Sequence record: PQ724394.1
Length of the DNA: 64,000 bases
Direction: 5' to 3' (one strand)
From: a phage
Below, piece by piece: positions 1 to 9,072 of this stretch (the stretch's first letter is position 1; each line of letters begins with the position of its first letter). The position numbers were made by a program, and so were the translations under genes. Below the pieces are notes generated by a model. The model was not told the origin of the DNA and did not search any database. It was given only the letters and a program-made list of their open reading frames with translations.

Positions 1-16
1 CACCTTAGACCCTACT

Positions 17-1390
17 ATGTTGGATTCTTCTCAAAGTTATGGACTTGAATTTATAAAACAAGCTTCTAGGGAAGGCGCGTTGGCCCATTTAGGTATAACT
101 AATGAGATGCTAACACCTGGTACTGAAGGTCCACAAGGCCCTAAAGGAGACCCAGGGCCGCAAGGTATTCAAGGTAACCCGGGTCCTAAAGGAGAAAAGG
201 GCGAACCAGGACCAGCAGGTCCAGAAGGTCCTAAAGGAGACCCGGGTTCACCAGGAAAAGAAGGCCCTCAGGGTTTACAAGGGGCCCAAGGAGAAGTAGG
301 ACCGCAAGGACCACAAGGTCCTATAGGCCCAGCAGGTTTGGTGTGGAAGGGAGCCTGGGATGAATCTACCCAATACTCTAAAGACGATGCAGTTGGATAC
401 CAGGGAGCTTCTTATTTTTGCATCAGTTCTAATACAGGAACAATACCTCCTAGCGAAGGAGTTTGGGCGCTATTGGCTAATATCGGTGCACCAGGTCCTC
501 AAGGACCAACCGGCCCAACCGGCCCTCAAGGTCCACAAGGCGCGCCAGGCCAAGATGGTAATGGGTTTATCTGGGCCGGAAACTGGGCCCTTGGTTCGTC
601 TTATTATATAAACGATTTGGTCCAGTGCGAAGGGTCTTCTTGGATTTGTATCCAGGATAATATAGCAAATAATGATAGTTATCCCGGGAGTGGAGACCTG
701 TGGGCCGATTATTGGAATTTATTTGTAAAAGAAGGGCGTCCAGGAAATCCCGGAGAAGATGGTGCACCTGGAGAGCAAGGCGCCCAAGGACCGCAAGGCG
801 ACCCGGGTCCTAAAGGTGAAAAGGGCGAACCTGGGCCACAAGGTATTCAAGGTCCTATAGGGCCCGCAGGTGCTCCTGGTAAAGATGCAGTATTTGATGT
901 TGATTCTTTAACCCAGTCTCAATTAAAATCTTTATATGATAAACTTTTCCCATTCTATCCACCTAGATATTGGAAAGGCTCTTTAAGATTTGATAAGCCT
1001 CTGAACACTTCAGAGTGGAAGGAAATACGTTTATGGGACCTTAATATGGTTCTTCATGTTCGTATGTATTCGTCTTTAGGCATCCATATAAGGGCTACTA
1101 ATGCGGGTCTTACCAACAGACTTGATATTAAAAGATTTACCAACTATGAAAACGGGATAGAATGCGCCAACTGGAGTAATGTTCTGTGGTCCTCAACTCC
1201 TGAATTATTCGACGATTTGGCTTATTCTAGTGCAAGACAATTTAACCGTTACGAAATATTTGACCGTGATACTAGAAAATACTACACTGTATCTGTGTTT
1301 ATTGTAGGCGGCCCTCTTAATACGACTACAGATATCCCTGTTGAAGTTTTATTTTCTGTCGAAGACCATACTAATATGAGCCCATTTTAA
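17..1390 (+). CDS. Collagen-like repeat protein (three Gly-X-Y blocks separated by Trp-rich inserts, ~190-aa C-terminal globular region); frame is open to the window start so the 5' end may be truncated
   Basis: Translation shows long [10 protein letters not shown]-type triplet runs (about nt 128-337, 488-568, 737-889); two repeated non-collagen inserts with W-x-G-x-W; no stop in frame upstream of the first ATG. Confidence 0.6.
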   Translation: MLDSSQSYGLEFIKQASREGALAHLGITNEMLTPGTEGPQGPKGDPGPQGIQGNPGPKGEKGEPGPAGPEGPKGDPGSPGKEGPQGLQGAQGEVGPQGPQGPIGPAGLVWKGAWDESTQYSKDDAVGYQGASYFCISSNTGTIPPSEGVWALLANIGAPGPQGPTGPTGPQGPQGAPGQDGNGFIWAGNWALGSSYYINDLVQCEGSSWICIQDNIANNDSYPGSGDLWADYWNLFVKEGRPGNPGEDGAPGEQGAQGPQGDPGPKGEKGEPGPQGIQGPIGPAGAPGKDAVFDVDSLTQSQLKSLYDKLFPFYPPRYWKGSLRFDKPLNTSEWKEIRLWDLNMVLHVRMYSSLGIHIRATNAGLTNRLDIKRFTNYENGIECANWSNVLWSSTPELFDDLAYSSARQFNRYEIFDRDTRKYYTVSVFIVGGPLNTTTDIPVEVLFSVEDHTNMSPF

Positions 1391-1399
1391 GGAGGTCGA

Positions 1400-2266
1400 A
1401 TGATTACACTTAAAATAAATGGTCCTAGATATGAATTAGTTGGAAGAACTGTAACCTTTTATACCGGGTTTGTATTACCGCCCGGTTCTACTCTAGACGA
1501 TGTAGAAATTAATTGGTATAAAAACGATGTCCATATTCCACAACTTCCTACCGAGGACCCTTTTGAATTAAATTTGTGGGAAGTAGGATTCCCTGCTGCC
1601 GGAACATTTTATGCGACTATAACAAATAAGAAAAGTGGAGAAATAACTAAGAGTAATGAAATAGAACTTGAAATAGGTACCCTTCCAAGAAGGGTTATTT
1701 TAGATATAAATTCAAGACGATTAATATACGCTAATATAGGAGAAACTGTTGCACTTAGGCCATCATGTAGAGTAGAGCCTTCTTATGCGGAAAGGGTTTG
1801 TAGATGGTACAGAGACGGAGTCGAATTATCTAAAGATGAAGATATCGATATATTAATAGACAACTCTAGTAAATTCGGGGAGTATACATTAAAATCTATA
1901 GGAACTTGTGAAGGAGCATATATCCCTGCTTCTGAAGAACTTTTAGTTGAAATAAAACCTAGGGATGATGTATTGCAGTGCCCTTTCATATATGATAACG
2001 ACCTTAATGCTTATTTACCATATGGCGGTGGAAGAAATGAATCGTATATGTGGATAGGTTGGTGGGTATGGGACGAAATAAGAGAAGCCGTTAGATTGGG
2101 AGAAGATTGGACTTTGGATATAAACAACAGCCCATACAAGTATAAATGTGAGTTACAAAAAGTAGCCGACCTTTTGTCTAAGTATCCTGAAGTAGAGATA
2201 CAAGAGTCGAGAAATGGCTACATCTTAGAAAGGAAGGACTTAGTTTACGTCCCTCCTGAAAAATAA
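1400..2266 (+). CDS. Hoc-like paralogue: Ig-like N-terminal region plus Hoc-type C-terminal domain
   Basis: C-terminus SYMWIGWWVWDEI...YPEVEIQESRNGYILER aligns with the Hoc C-terminus SAYIWCGWWVMDEI...YPEVDVQESRNGRIIHR encoded at 2540-3952; RBS aggaggt before ATG; terminator follows. Confidence 0.6.
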   Translation: MITLKINGPRYELVGRTVTFYTGFVLPPGSTLDDVEINWYKNDVHIPQLPTEDPFELNLWEVGFPAAGTFYATITNKKSGEITKSNEIELEIGTLPRRVILDINSRRLIYANIGETVALRPSCRVEPSYAERVCRWYRDGVELSKDEDIDILIDNSSKFGEYTLKSIGTCEGAYIPASEELLVEIKPRDDVLQCPFIYDNDLNAYLPYGGGRNESYMWIGWWVWDEIREAVRLGEDWTLDINNSPYKYKCELQKVADLLSKYPEVEIQESRNGYILERKDLVYVPPEK

Positions 2267-2267
2267 T

Positions 2268-2289
2268 AAAGGGCCTACGGGCCCTTTTT
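2268..2289 (+). terminator. Rho-independent terminator after the collagen-like/Hoc-like gene pair
   Basis: aaa-gggcc-tacg-ggccc-ttttt hairpin followed by T-run. Confidence 0.7.
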
Positions 2290-2454
2290 GGTTTGTAAAA
2301 TTTTATCTATAGTAGCTATTATCCCGAAAAATGAACTAATGCATGAGAAAAGAGCCAATATAGAAGCAAACAACCCACTAGTTAATGAAATTAACGAAAA
2401 CAAAAACAGCACTATAAAGAAAACCAACAACCCTATATCTTTGTTAAATTTCAT
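2275..2454 (-). CDS. Small hydrophobic protein (59 aa, two predicted TM segments), hypothetical
   Basis: Own translation: MKFNKDIGLLVFFIVLFLFSLISLTSGLFASILALFSC...; below the ORF-track size cutoff; lies between two convergent terminators. Confidence 0.3.
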   Translation of the reverse strand: MKFNKDIGLLVFFIVLFLFSLISLTSGLFASILALFSCISSFFGIIATIDKILQTKKGP

Positions 2455-2517
2455 ATATCCACCTATTAAAAATTATTCGTCAATAACTTAATCTCCCGAA
2501 ACACTATCATAAACTAA

Positions 2518-2541
2518 ATAAGGGCCTTGCGGCCCTTTATT
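2518..2541 (-). terminator. Rho-independent terminator downstream of hoc (bidirectional potential)
   Basis: gggcc-ttgc-ggccc hairpin flanked by A/T runs on both sides. Confidence 0.65.
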
Positions 2542-3952
2542 AATAAACGTAATCGTAAATAATTCCAGCATCCAAAGCGGTTCTGTGAATAATTCTACCA
2601 TTACGAGATTCCTGTACATCAACCTCAGGATAATCGGCTACCATTTTTTGAAGGGTATAACGATGGAGATAATATTCACTATCAGGTTCGTCAGTTTTCC
2701 AGTCTTTGCCTTCAAGGGTCATTTTCTGAATTTCGTCCATAACCCACCAACCACACCAAATATAAGCTGAATTACGAACTGGTAGCGGATGAACGTAAGG
2801 TAGTTCGCCCTCTGGTTCAGGAGCTACTTTAGCCGTAATTGTTACATTACCTGTTTTTTTGACAGTCACAGGATTATAGTCGGTAGCCGAAACAACAGCA
2901 GAAACTTCAATAACCTGTGAACCTTCAGCGCTTGTGTCAATTACTAATGTATCCGTAGCACCCACAACAGGTGAACCATCTTTCTTCCAAGAATAAGCAA
3001 AAGTAGCACCACTAGGCGCACCGACTACCGTGGCTTTAAAAGAAGCCGGGATTCCTTCAGAGACAGTAATAGAAGCAGGCGTTAAATTAACAGAAACACC
3101 TGTCATAGTCTTTTTAGTAATTGTTACACTTCCTGTTTTGGTAACGGTTAAATCATTATAATCCGTACCTTTTAGGAGTACCGAAACTTCAATAGAGTAA
3201 GAACCTATTGTAGACGTATCAACAGCAAGAGTATTACTGCTTTCGCCCGGAATAATAGAACCATCTTTCTTCCAAGAATAAGTTGCATTTACGCCGGAAG
3301 GAGCACCAACTACATCCGCTTTAAACTGTGCAGATGAGTCTTTCTCTGTACTAATTGAGGCGGGCGTTAAAGTAACAGAAACACCTGATATAGTTTTCTT
3401 AACAAAAGTTACCGCAACACCTTTAGTAGCGGTACCCGGGTCATATTCAGGGGCGGTAACAGTAACTTCACAGTTCAACGTGTAATTTGCTTCTGCTGCT
3501 TCGGTTACAGTAATAGTTTTACCAGTTTGTCCAGAGATTACGCTGGTGTTACGTTTCCAAACATAAGCAATTGTTGCGCCTGCAGGTGCACCCGTCACGT
3601 TAGCAGTAACAACTTGAGATTGGCCAACTTCTTTAGAAACAGAAATAGGGTCTAAGGCCAAAGAAATAGACATGGTCTTATTAGCTACGGTAACTTCAAA
3701 AGTATCTTCAGCTACCTCAGGTTCGCCTTCAGCCGGAGTAGAAGTTGCTACTACTTTTAAAACTTTCTTACCTGCAGGTGAAGCACCTGTATATTTCAAA
3801 ACATTGGTTGCTTCTGGATTAGAAGCACCATCAATAGACCATACATATGTAATGGTTCCTTCTACAGCTGCACCTGTTGCGGTAGCAGTGTAGTTAGCAC
3901 TTTCGCCTATTTTAATAGACGCTGTGCCGGCTATACTTACAGTAAAAGCCAT
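2540..3952 (-). CDS. hoc: Highly immunogenic outer capsid protein Hoc (expanded, several Ig-like repeats)
   Basis: Repeated Ig-like modules (TYVWSIDG, AYVWKRN, TYSWKKDGS, AYSWKKDGS) and C-terminus matching T4 Hoc as I recall it (PEPEGELPYVHPLP...WCGWWVMDEIQKM...YPEVDVQESRNG). Confidence 0.8.
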   Translation of the reverse strand: MAFTVSIAGTASIKIGESANYTATATGAAVEGTITYVWSIDGASNPEATNVLKYTGASPAGKKVLKVVATSTPAEGEPEVAEDTFEVTVANKTMSISLALDPISVSKEVGQSQVVTANVTGAPAGATIAYVWKRNTSVISGQTGKTITVTEAAEANYTLNCEVTVTAPEYDPGTATKGVAVTFVKKTISGVSVTLTPASISTEKDSSAQFKADVVGAPSGVNATYSWKKDGSIIPGESSNTLAVDTSTIGSYSIEVSVLLKGTDYNDLTVTKTGSVTITKKTMTGVSVNLTPASITVSEGIPASFKATVVGAPSGATFAYSWKKDGSPVVGATDTLVIDTSAEGSQVIEVSAVVSATDYNPVTVKKTGNVTITAKVAPEPEGELPYVHPLPVRNSAYIWCGWWVMDEIQKMTLEGKDWKTDEPDSEYYLHRYTLQKMVADYPEVDVQESRNGRIIHRTALDAGIIYDYVY

Positions 3953-3961
3953 AGTTTACCC

Positions 3962-4633
3962 TTATTTTAAAGTTACAAAAGATGAATTACGTGTTTCACG
4001 TACTAATACTGAGCCATTACGATTGATGTAATAAATCAGACTGAATAATGTTTGGTGGGCAGAAGGGTGTTGGAAATCTTTAGGACGTTCTTTCCAATCA
4101 GGGGTTTCAGAAATCCATTGATAAATCCACCAAGGAACAGTACAGTAACCAGGGTTTTTACCAATAAGCAAAAGATTAGGACTAAAGTTTTCAGGCAAAG
4201 AGAATACAGGTTTTTCCGATTCAATAACCTTGGTTACGGCCTCTTTGAATTTCTCTTCGACAAACGGAACATCTTCTTCAATAATCTCTACCTTAGGAAG
4301 TTCGGCTACCTCAATAACTTCAACTACAGCTTCAGGGGCATCAAATAATAGGGTAGCTTCTTCTTTGGCAGGTTCCGCGCCATCAACAAATTCGTTAGCG
4401 CCTGTAAGTTCGTCGGCGGCATCAATCAAATCAGAAATAGACAAACCTTCGGTTTCTGGAAGTGGTTCATCAGCCAAGGCTTTAAGGCCTTCAGAGATAT
4501 CGATAATCAAATTATCAAACGAACGGGTTTTCTTAAGTTTTAAACCGAATTGTTCGCCGTATTCGATTAACTTAGCTTTAGCTTCTTTTTTATCTTCGAG
4601 TGCACGAAGCTCTTCAATATATTGAGTATCCAT
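3962..4633 (-). CDS. inh: Putative Inh (inhibitor of prohead protease), positional assignment
   Basis: 223 aa acidic protein located between hoc and uvsW as in T4; minus-strand late promoter upstream. Confidence 0.45.
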   Translation of the reverse strand: MDTQYIEELRALEDKKEAKAKLIEYGEQFGLKLKKTRSFDNLIIDISEGLKALADEPLPETEGLSISDLIDAADELTGANEFVDGAEPAKEEATLLFDAPEAVVEVIEVAELPKVEIIEEDVPFVEEKFKEAVTKVIESEKPVFSLPENFSPNLLLIGKNPGYCTVPWWIYQWISETPDWKERPKDFQHPSAHQTLFSLIYYINRNGSVLVRETRNSSFVTLK

Positions 4634-4652
4634 AATTAGTCTCTTGTTGGTG

Positions 4653-4660
4653 TATAAATA
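4653..4660 (+). promoter_or_regulatory. T4-type late promoter (TATAAATA) upstream of uvsW
   Basis: Exact TATAAATA about 29 nt upstream of the uvsW ATG. Confidence 0.55.
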
Positions 4661-4666
4661 TAATTA

Positions 4667-4674
4667 TATTTATA
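4667..4674 (-). promoter_or_regulatory. T4-type late promoter (TATAAATA on minus strand) upstream of inh
   Basis: Reverse complement of tatttata gives TATAAATA about 33 nt upstream of the inh start. Confidence 0.5.
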
Positions 4675-4688
4675 ACTGAGAATTAGAC

Positions 4689-6185
4689 ATGCAAATTCAA
4701 GTACATTTTGATAATTTTAGTCATGTTCGTGTTGAGTGTGATGAATCCACCTTCTACGAACTCAGAGACTATTTCAGCTTTGAAGCTGATGGATATAAAT
4801 TTAACCCTAAATACCGTTACGGGCAATGGGATGGGAGAATTCGTCTTCTAGATTATAACCGTAAACTTCCGTATGGTCTAGTCCCACAAATTAAAAAATT
4901 CGCTGACCAGTTTGAATACTCTCTTTGGATAGACCCACGTATTCTTGAACAGGAAGATATTTCACGTGAAGATTTTGACTCATGGGTAGCTTCACAGGAG
5001 ATTTATTCAGGTTCTACCAGGATTGAGCCACATTGGTATCAGAATGAAGCCGTATACAACGGTCTGACAAAACGTCGTGCAATTCTGAATTTACCTACAT
5101 CTGCAGGTAAATCATTGATTCAGGCGCTCCTGAGTCGATATTACGTTGAGAACTATGAAGGTAAAATTCTTATCTTAGTTCCTACTACTGCACTTGTCGA
5201 TCAGATGATTAATGACTTCATTGATTATCGTTTGTTCCCTAAAGCTGCTATGCTTGGTATTCGTTCAGGTACTGCTCGTGATTCCGATGCAATGATTTAT
5301 GTTTCAACTTATCAAACGGCTATTAAACAACCTAAAGAATGGTTTGCTCAGTTTGGTATGTTTATGAACGACGAATGCCATTTGGCGACAGGTAAATCAA
5401 TTTCTACCATCATCGAAGGCCTTACCAATTGTATGTTTAAATTCGGTTTGTCCGGTTCTTTAAAAGACGGTAAAGCCAATTTAATGCAATATATGGGTTT
5501 GTTTGGTGATGTGTTTAAGCCAGTATCCACTTCACAGTTAATGGAAGAAGGACAGGTTACAGACCTTAAAATCAACAGTATCTTCCTTCGTTATCCGGAT
5601 GAATTCACTGTTAAGATGAAAGGTAAAGATTACCAATCAGAAATCAAGGTCATTACTAAGGCTACTCGTCGTAATAAATGGGTTGCTAATTTAGCTGTTA
5701 AACTCGCTAAGAAAGAAGAGAACGTATTCCTGATGTTTAAAAACATCGAACACGGTAAAACTCTTTTTGAAATGGTTAAAGAGCAACATAAAGAAGTTTA
5801 TTACGTATCAGGTGAAGTTAATACCGAAACGCGTAATGCTCTGAAAGTAATGGCGGAAAATGGTAAGGGTATTATTGTTGTGGCAAGTTATGGTGTGTTC
5901 TCTACTGGTATTTCCGTTAAGAACCTTCACCATGTTGTATTTGCTCATCCAGTAAAATCCAAAATCATTGTACTCCAGACAATTGGTCGTGTACTCCGTA
6001 AACATGCTTCTAAATCAACAGCACAAGTTTGGGACATTATAGACGACATGGGCGTTAAGCCTAAATCAGCAAATGCTAAAAAGAAATATGTTCATTTGAA
6101 TTACGCATTAAAACATGCCTTAGAACGTATTCAACGTTATGCTGACGAGAAATTTAATTACGTAATGAAACAGGTGGATTTATGA
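4689..6185 (+). CDS. uvsW: UvsW RNA-DNA/DNA helicase
   Basis: Near-identical to T4 UvsW over its length (MQIQVHFDNFSHVRVECDESTFYELRDYFSFEADGYKFNP...; helicase motifs LNLPTSAGKS, DECH). Confidence 0.9.
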   Translation: MQIQVHFDNFSHVRVECDESTFYELRDYFSFEADGYKFNPKYRYGQWDGRIRLLDYNRKLPYGLVPQIKKFADQFEYSLWIDPRILEQEDISREDFDSWVASQEIYSGSTRIEPHWYQNEAVYNGLTKRRAILNLPTSAGKSLIQALLSRYYVENYEGKILILVPTTALVDQMINDFIDYRLFPKAAMLGIRSGTARDSDAMIYVSTYQTAIKQPKEWFAQFGMFMNDECHLATGKSISTIIEGLTNCMFKFGLSGSLKDGKANLMQYMGLFGDVFKPVSTSQLMEEGQVTDLKINSIFLRYPDEFTVKMKGKDYQSEIKVITKATRRNKWVANLAVKLAKKEENVFLMFKNIEHGKTLFEMVKEQHKEVYYVSGEVNTETRNALKVMAENGKGIIVVASYGVFSTGISVKNLHHVVFAHPVKSKIIVLQTIGRVLRKHASKSTAQVWDIIDDMGVKPKSANAKKKYVHLNYALKHALERIQRYADEKFNYVMKQVDL

Positions 6186-6409
6186 AGTCCTTTAAAGAAG
6201 TTATCTATGAAGCCTCTATCGAGAGCTTCATGTCTAAAATTAGTTCTTGTCAGACCATGGAAGGTCTGGAGGAATTAGAGAAGTATTACAAAACTCGTAG
6301 TAAGGAAGCCGAACTTCGTGATTCGGATGATATCAGCGTACGCGATGCATTGGCTGGTAAGAGAGCCGAATTGGAGTCGATGGACGACGAGGAAGAGGAA
6401 GATTTCTAA
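6182..6409 (+). CDS. uvsW.1: UvsW.1-like small acidic protein
   Basis: 75 aa ORF overlapping uvsW stop (ATGA), acidic C-terminus, same position and size as T4 uvsW.1. Confidence 0.6.
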   Translation: MKSFKEVIYEASIESFMSKISSCQTMEGLEELEKYYKTRSKEAELRDSDDISVRDALAGKRAELESMDDEEEEDF

Positions 6410-6411
6410 AC

Positions 6412-6440
6412 AAAAAGGGCCCAACCTTTCGGAAGGGCCA
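6412..6440. terminator. Hairpin between convergent uvsW.1 and uvsY-region transcripts (T-run on minus strand)
   Basis: gggccc...cctt-tcgg-aagg...gggcc stem-loop; T-run only on minus strand. Confidence 0.4.
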
Positions 6441-6469
6441 ATAACCATAAAATGGCTATACACACTAGA

Positions 6470-6637
6470 CTAAAGTAATAATTGTGTTTCGTTCAGCTGT
6501 TCTTCAGTGTTTTCCGTAACAGGCATGCTTTGAACGTAATTATAACATGAACCCGGATGAACCGGACCTTTTTCTGTTTCAACAACCAATGCAGCATCGA
6601 TTGGAGTTTTACAGACAACGCAAATCTTATCTGACAT
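6470..6637 (-). CDS. Small Cys-containing protein (55 aa), uvsY.-2-like position
   Basis: Own translation MSDKICVVCKTPIDAALVVETEKGPVHPGSCYNYVQSMPV...; SD ggagacaatc before ATG. Confidence 0.4.
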   Translation of the reverse strand: MSDKICVVCKTPIDAALVVETEKGPVHPGSCYNYVQSMPVTENTEEQLNETQLLL

Positions 6638-6763
6638 GATTGTCTCCTTAGTTTAACTTACATATCTATTTATTACTTGCTAAAGCGGCATTAATGAATT
6701 CTTGGAGAAGTTTCATCTTATCGGCATCTACTTTAATGGGTTTGGTATTTTTAGTACGTCTCA

Positions 6764-7198
6764 TTATTTGCCAGCCTCAAATTGTCTCATCTCATGCATG
6801 GTCTTAAGGTTAAAACCTCGCGCCTTAATAGCATCAAGTGCCGAACTACAAAAGTCCTGTAATAAAGCCCAATACTGGATTGATGTATCTATTTTAATCA
6901 CGCTAGAATCTGCGGCCATTACAGTCTTTAATTCTGACTTCTCGTATTGGTCCATACAAACCTCATCACCAGGCTCTCCACGTCCCGTGTAGAAATCTAA
7001 TCGCTTCTTAAGAGAGGTCTTTTTCTGGATTTCTAATCGCATTATCTCTTTCTTACAATTCGTATACAGCCTTAGCCATTTGCTGTGCAGCAAAACGTTG
7101 TTCTGTACTTCATACTGTAAACGAGTCCCATCAATCTTTAAATCTTCATCTAATGCATCTTGGAATGATTCCAATTTATATTCAATCTCTTTACTCAT
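6764..7198 (-). CDS. uvsY: UvsY recombination mediator
   Basis: Matches T4 UvsY (…QYEVQNNVLLHSKWL…DAIKARGFNLKTMHEMRQFEAGK); start taken at the internal Met (MSKEIEYK) with SD agga; the ORF-track start lies upstream. Confidence 0.85.
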   Translation of the reverse strand: MSKEIEYKLESFQDALDEDLKIDGTRLQYEVQNNVLLHSKWLRLYTNCKKEIMRLEIQKKTSLKKRLDFYTGRGEPGDEVCMDQYEKSELKTVMAADSSVIKIDTSIQYWALLQDFCSSALDAIKARGFNLKTMHEMRQFEAGK

Positions 7199-7229
7199 CG
7201 CATGTTTCCTGTGTAATAACCATAGGACC

Positions 7230-7258
7230 ATTATACACTATTCATTTGAACAGCAATT
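7230..7258 (-). promoter_or_regulatory. Candidate MotA-dependent middle promoter for uvsY (MotA-box-like TTGCTGTT plus -10 TATAAT)
   Basis: On minus strand: ATTGCTGTTCA-N11-TATAAT, about 25 nt upstream of the uvsY ATG. Confidence 0.4.
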
Positions 7259-7646
7259 AACCACTCTGTGAGAGCTGGATTCTAATTTGCTCTAATGTAT
7301 CCGGGTCGTCAACAATACTAAACTGGACGGTTACTATAATAGAGTTGTCATCATAAACAGGGGTAACGCCTACGGCAAGAGCAGAAATTCTAGGTTCGAA
7401 GTTCCGCACAGCGGAAACTATATTACGCTTAATGGTATCCGTGATTAATGGGGTAATATTTTCAAATAGTTGATTACTGATATCACAACCAAATTCAGGC
7501 ATAAAAGGGCGAGAACCTTTACGAGTAGTAATAATGCCTAACAAACTATTTTTTACTGCACGGGCCCCTGTAGCTTTAGCGACGTCTCTATTCCAAGACG
7601 TCCTCATTTCAGGGTCTAAATCTGAATACATTTTATCGATATTCAT
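7257..7646 (-). CDS. 25: Baseplate wedge protein gp25
   Basis: 129 aa, position between uvsY and gene 26; sequence resembles gp25 as I recall it. Confidence 0.8.
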   Translation of the reverse strand: MNIDKMYSDLDPEMRTSWNRDVAKATGARAVKNSLLGIITTRKGSRPFMPEFGCDISNQLFENITPLITDTIKRNIVSAVRNFEPRISALAVGVTPVYDDNSIIVTVQFSIVDDPDTLEQIRIQLSQSG

Positions 7647-8269
7647 TACATCACCTTAAAGAACTCTTTAAGTCCCTCAATAACGTGGACGGTATGCTCA
7701 CCACATTCACAAGAAATAGGTATGGCCAAAATAGGCTTAGGGGCGACTAGAGCATCATAAATTTCTTTTACATCTTTTTCCGTTATCACAGAATAAAGGT
7801 CGTCTAGTTCCGCATCACTTAAATCAGAAAGAAGAAGCTTTTCGCCTGCAGAAGTTAAAATATAATCGATACATCCTGCAACCATCATAGCCCTATTTTT
7901 GTCTTCAAAGAGCTTAGGATATCTGAACACTATTTTAAAGTTGCCGAAGTCCTTAATAATATCAGGCTCTTTACCTAATGTAGCGCGAGTTAATGTCATA
8001 GGGACAACCTGTGAGCGACCACAACTGCAAACCCACTCACGTTCTATATTCACTTCAGCCAGTGAATGAGCCCACAGGTTTATCACCAGGAGCTCAGATT
8101 CTTGCTTGTTTAAACCACGAGCATCTGTGCAATTCAAAATGAGTTCATTGATAAAGGGCTCTATTCTGTCTTCTAATTTAGCTTGGAGCAAGTCCTTATA
8201 CTCTCTGAGGGTAAATGCTCTGCATTTTATGGTCTTGTTTTTAATTTTTACGTCAAAAGTATAATTCAT
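7646..8269 (-). CDS. 26: Baseplate hub protein gp26
   Basis: 207 aa, divergent from gene 51 as in T4. Confidence 0.7.
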   Translation of the reverse strand: MNYTFDVKIKNKTIKCRAFTLREYKDLLQAKLEDRIEPFINELILNCTDARGLNKQESELLVINLWAHSLAEVNIEREWVCSCGRSQVVPMTLTRATLGKEPDIIKDFGNFKIVFRYPKLFEDKNRAMMVAGCIDYILTSAGEKLLLSDLSDAELDDLYSVITEKDVKEIYDALVAPKPILAIPISCECGEHTVHVIEGLKEFFKVM

Positions 8270-8291
8270 TGTCTTCTCCTTTAAGCTTATT

Positions 8292-8299
8292 TATAAATA
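8292..8299 (+). promoter_or_regulatory. T4-type late promoter (TATAAATA) for gene 51 operon
   Basis: Exact TATAAATA about 20 nt upstream of the RBS (aagagg) and ATG at 8320. Confidence 0.55.
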
Positions 8300-8319
8300 C
8301 ATCAATAAGAGGATACCCT

Positions 8320-9072
8320 ATGGCTAATATAGTACGTTGCGAAATGCCTGATGGAGTCCACCGATTTAAACCTTTTACAGTAGCTGATTATCGTGATTTT
8401 ATTTTGATTCGAAATGATATGAATAATAAATCACCTGAAGAGCAAAAACAAATTTTAGATGAGTTACTGGAAGAATACTTTGGTGAGTACCCTGTGTCAT
8501 GGCGCCCATACATGTTTATTGAATTGTATACGTCATCTCTCGGCAAGACCAAAATTCCTATCCGATACACTTGCAGTAAGTGTGAAAAGGATAGACAAGT
8601 TTTATTCAATTTGAAGCAGACCAAGTTAGTCAACCCTACAATTGAAGTGGCCGGCTTGAAATTGACATTCAAATTCCCTGAAATAGAATATCATGATAAA
8701 TCTGAATTGATTTTGAATACCCTCCAGACAGTAGAAGATGAAAATGGGGTTTATAACTGGTCAGACCTTTCTGAAGAAGACCAGTTAGCCGTAATAGATG
8801 CTATAGACTTATCTACTTTAGAGGATATAGTCAAACAAACAAGCCCTATTCATTTCGAGCTCAAATATGGATGCTGTAATCGTAGAACAATTACATACAC
8901 TGACATTTTAGAAGTGTTTAAACTTATAGTCAATCCAGATGAGATATTTTTATTTTACCAAATAAACCATTTACTGGTAAAGAACAATTATTCATTAGAA
9001 AGCATTATGCAGATGATTCCAATCGAACGCGGTATTGCTTTGTCTTTGGTTGAAAAGGACCTTAAGAAATGA
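8320..9072 (+). CDS. 51: Baseplate hub assembly catalyst gp51
   Basis: Start at ATG 8320 ([12 protein letters not shown]), the ORF-track start being TTG; ~250 aa as T4 gp51; paired Cys motifs. Confidence 0.7.
   Translation: MANIVRCEMPDGVHRFKPFTVADYRDFILIRNDMNNKSPEEQKQILDELLEEYFGEYPVSWRPYMFIELYTSSLGKTKIPIRYTCSKCEKDRQVLFNLKQTKLVNPTIEVAGLKLTFKFPEIEYHDKSELILNTLQTVEDENGVYNWSDLSEEDQLAVIDAIDLSTLEDIVKQTSPIHFELKYGCCNRRTITYTDILEVFKLIVNPDEIFLFYQINHLLVKNNYSLESIMQMIPIERGIALSLVEKDLKK

Noticed and set aside
2288-2491. 67-aa plus-strand ORF in the hoc-proximal spacer
   Set aside because: Starts inside the terminator hairpin and has no SD; the overlapping minus-strand hydrophobic ORF is the more protein-like reading, and even that is uncertain
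4230-4625. 131-aa Ser-rich ORF on the plus strand
   Set aside because: Antisense to the inh gene; low-complexity translation typical of a non-coding frame
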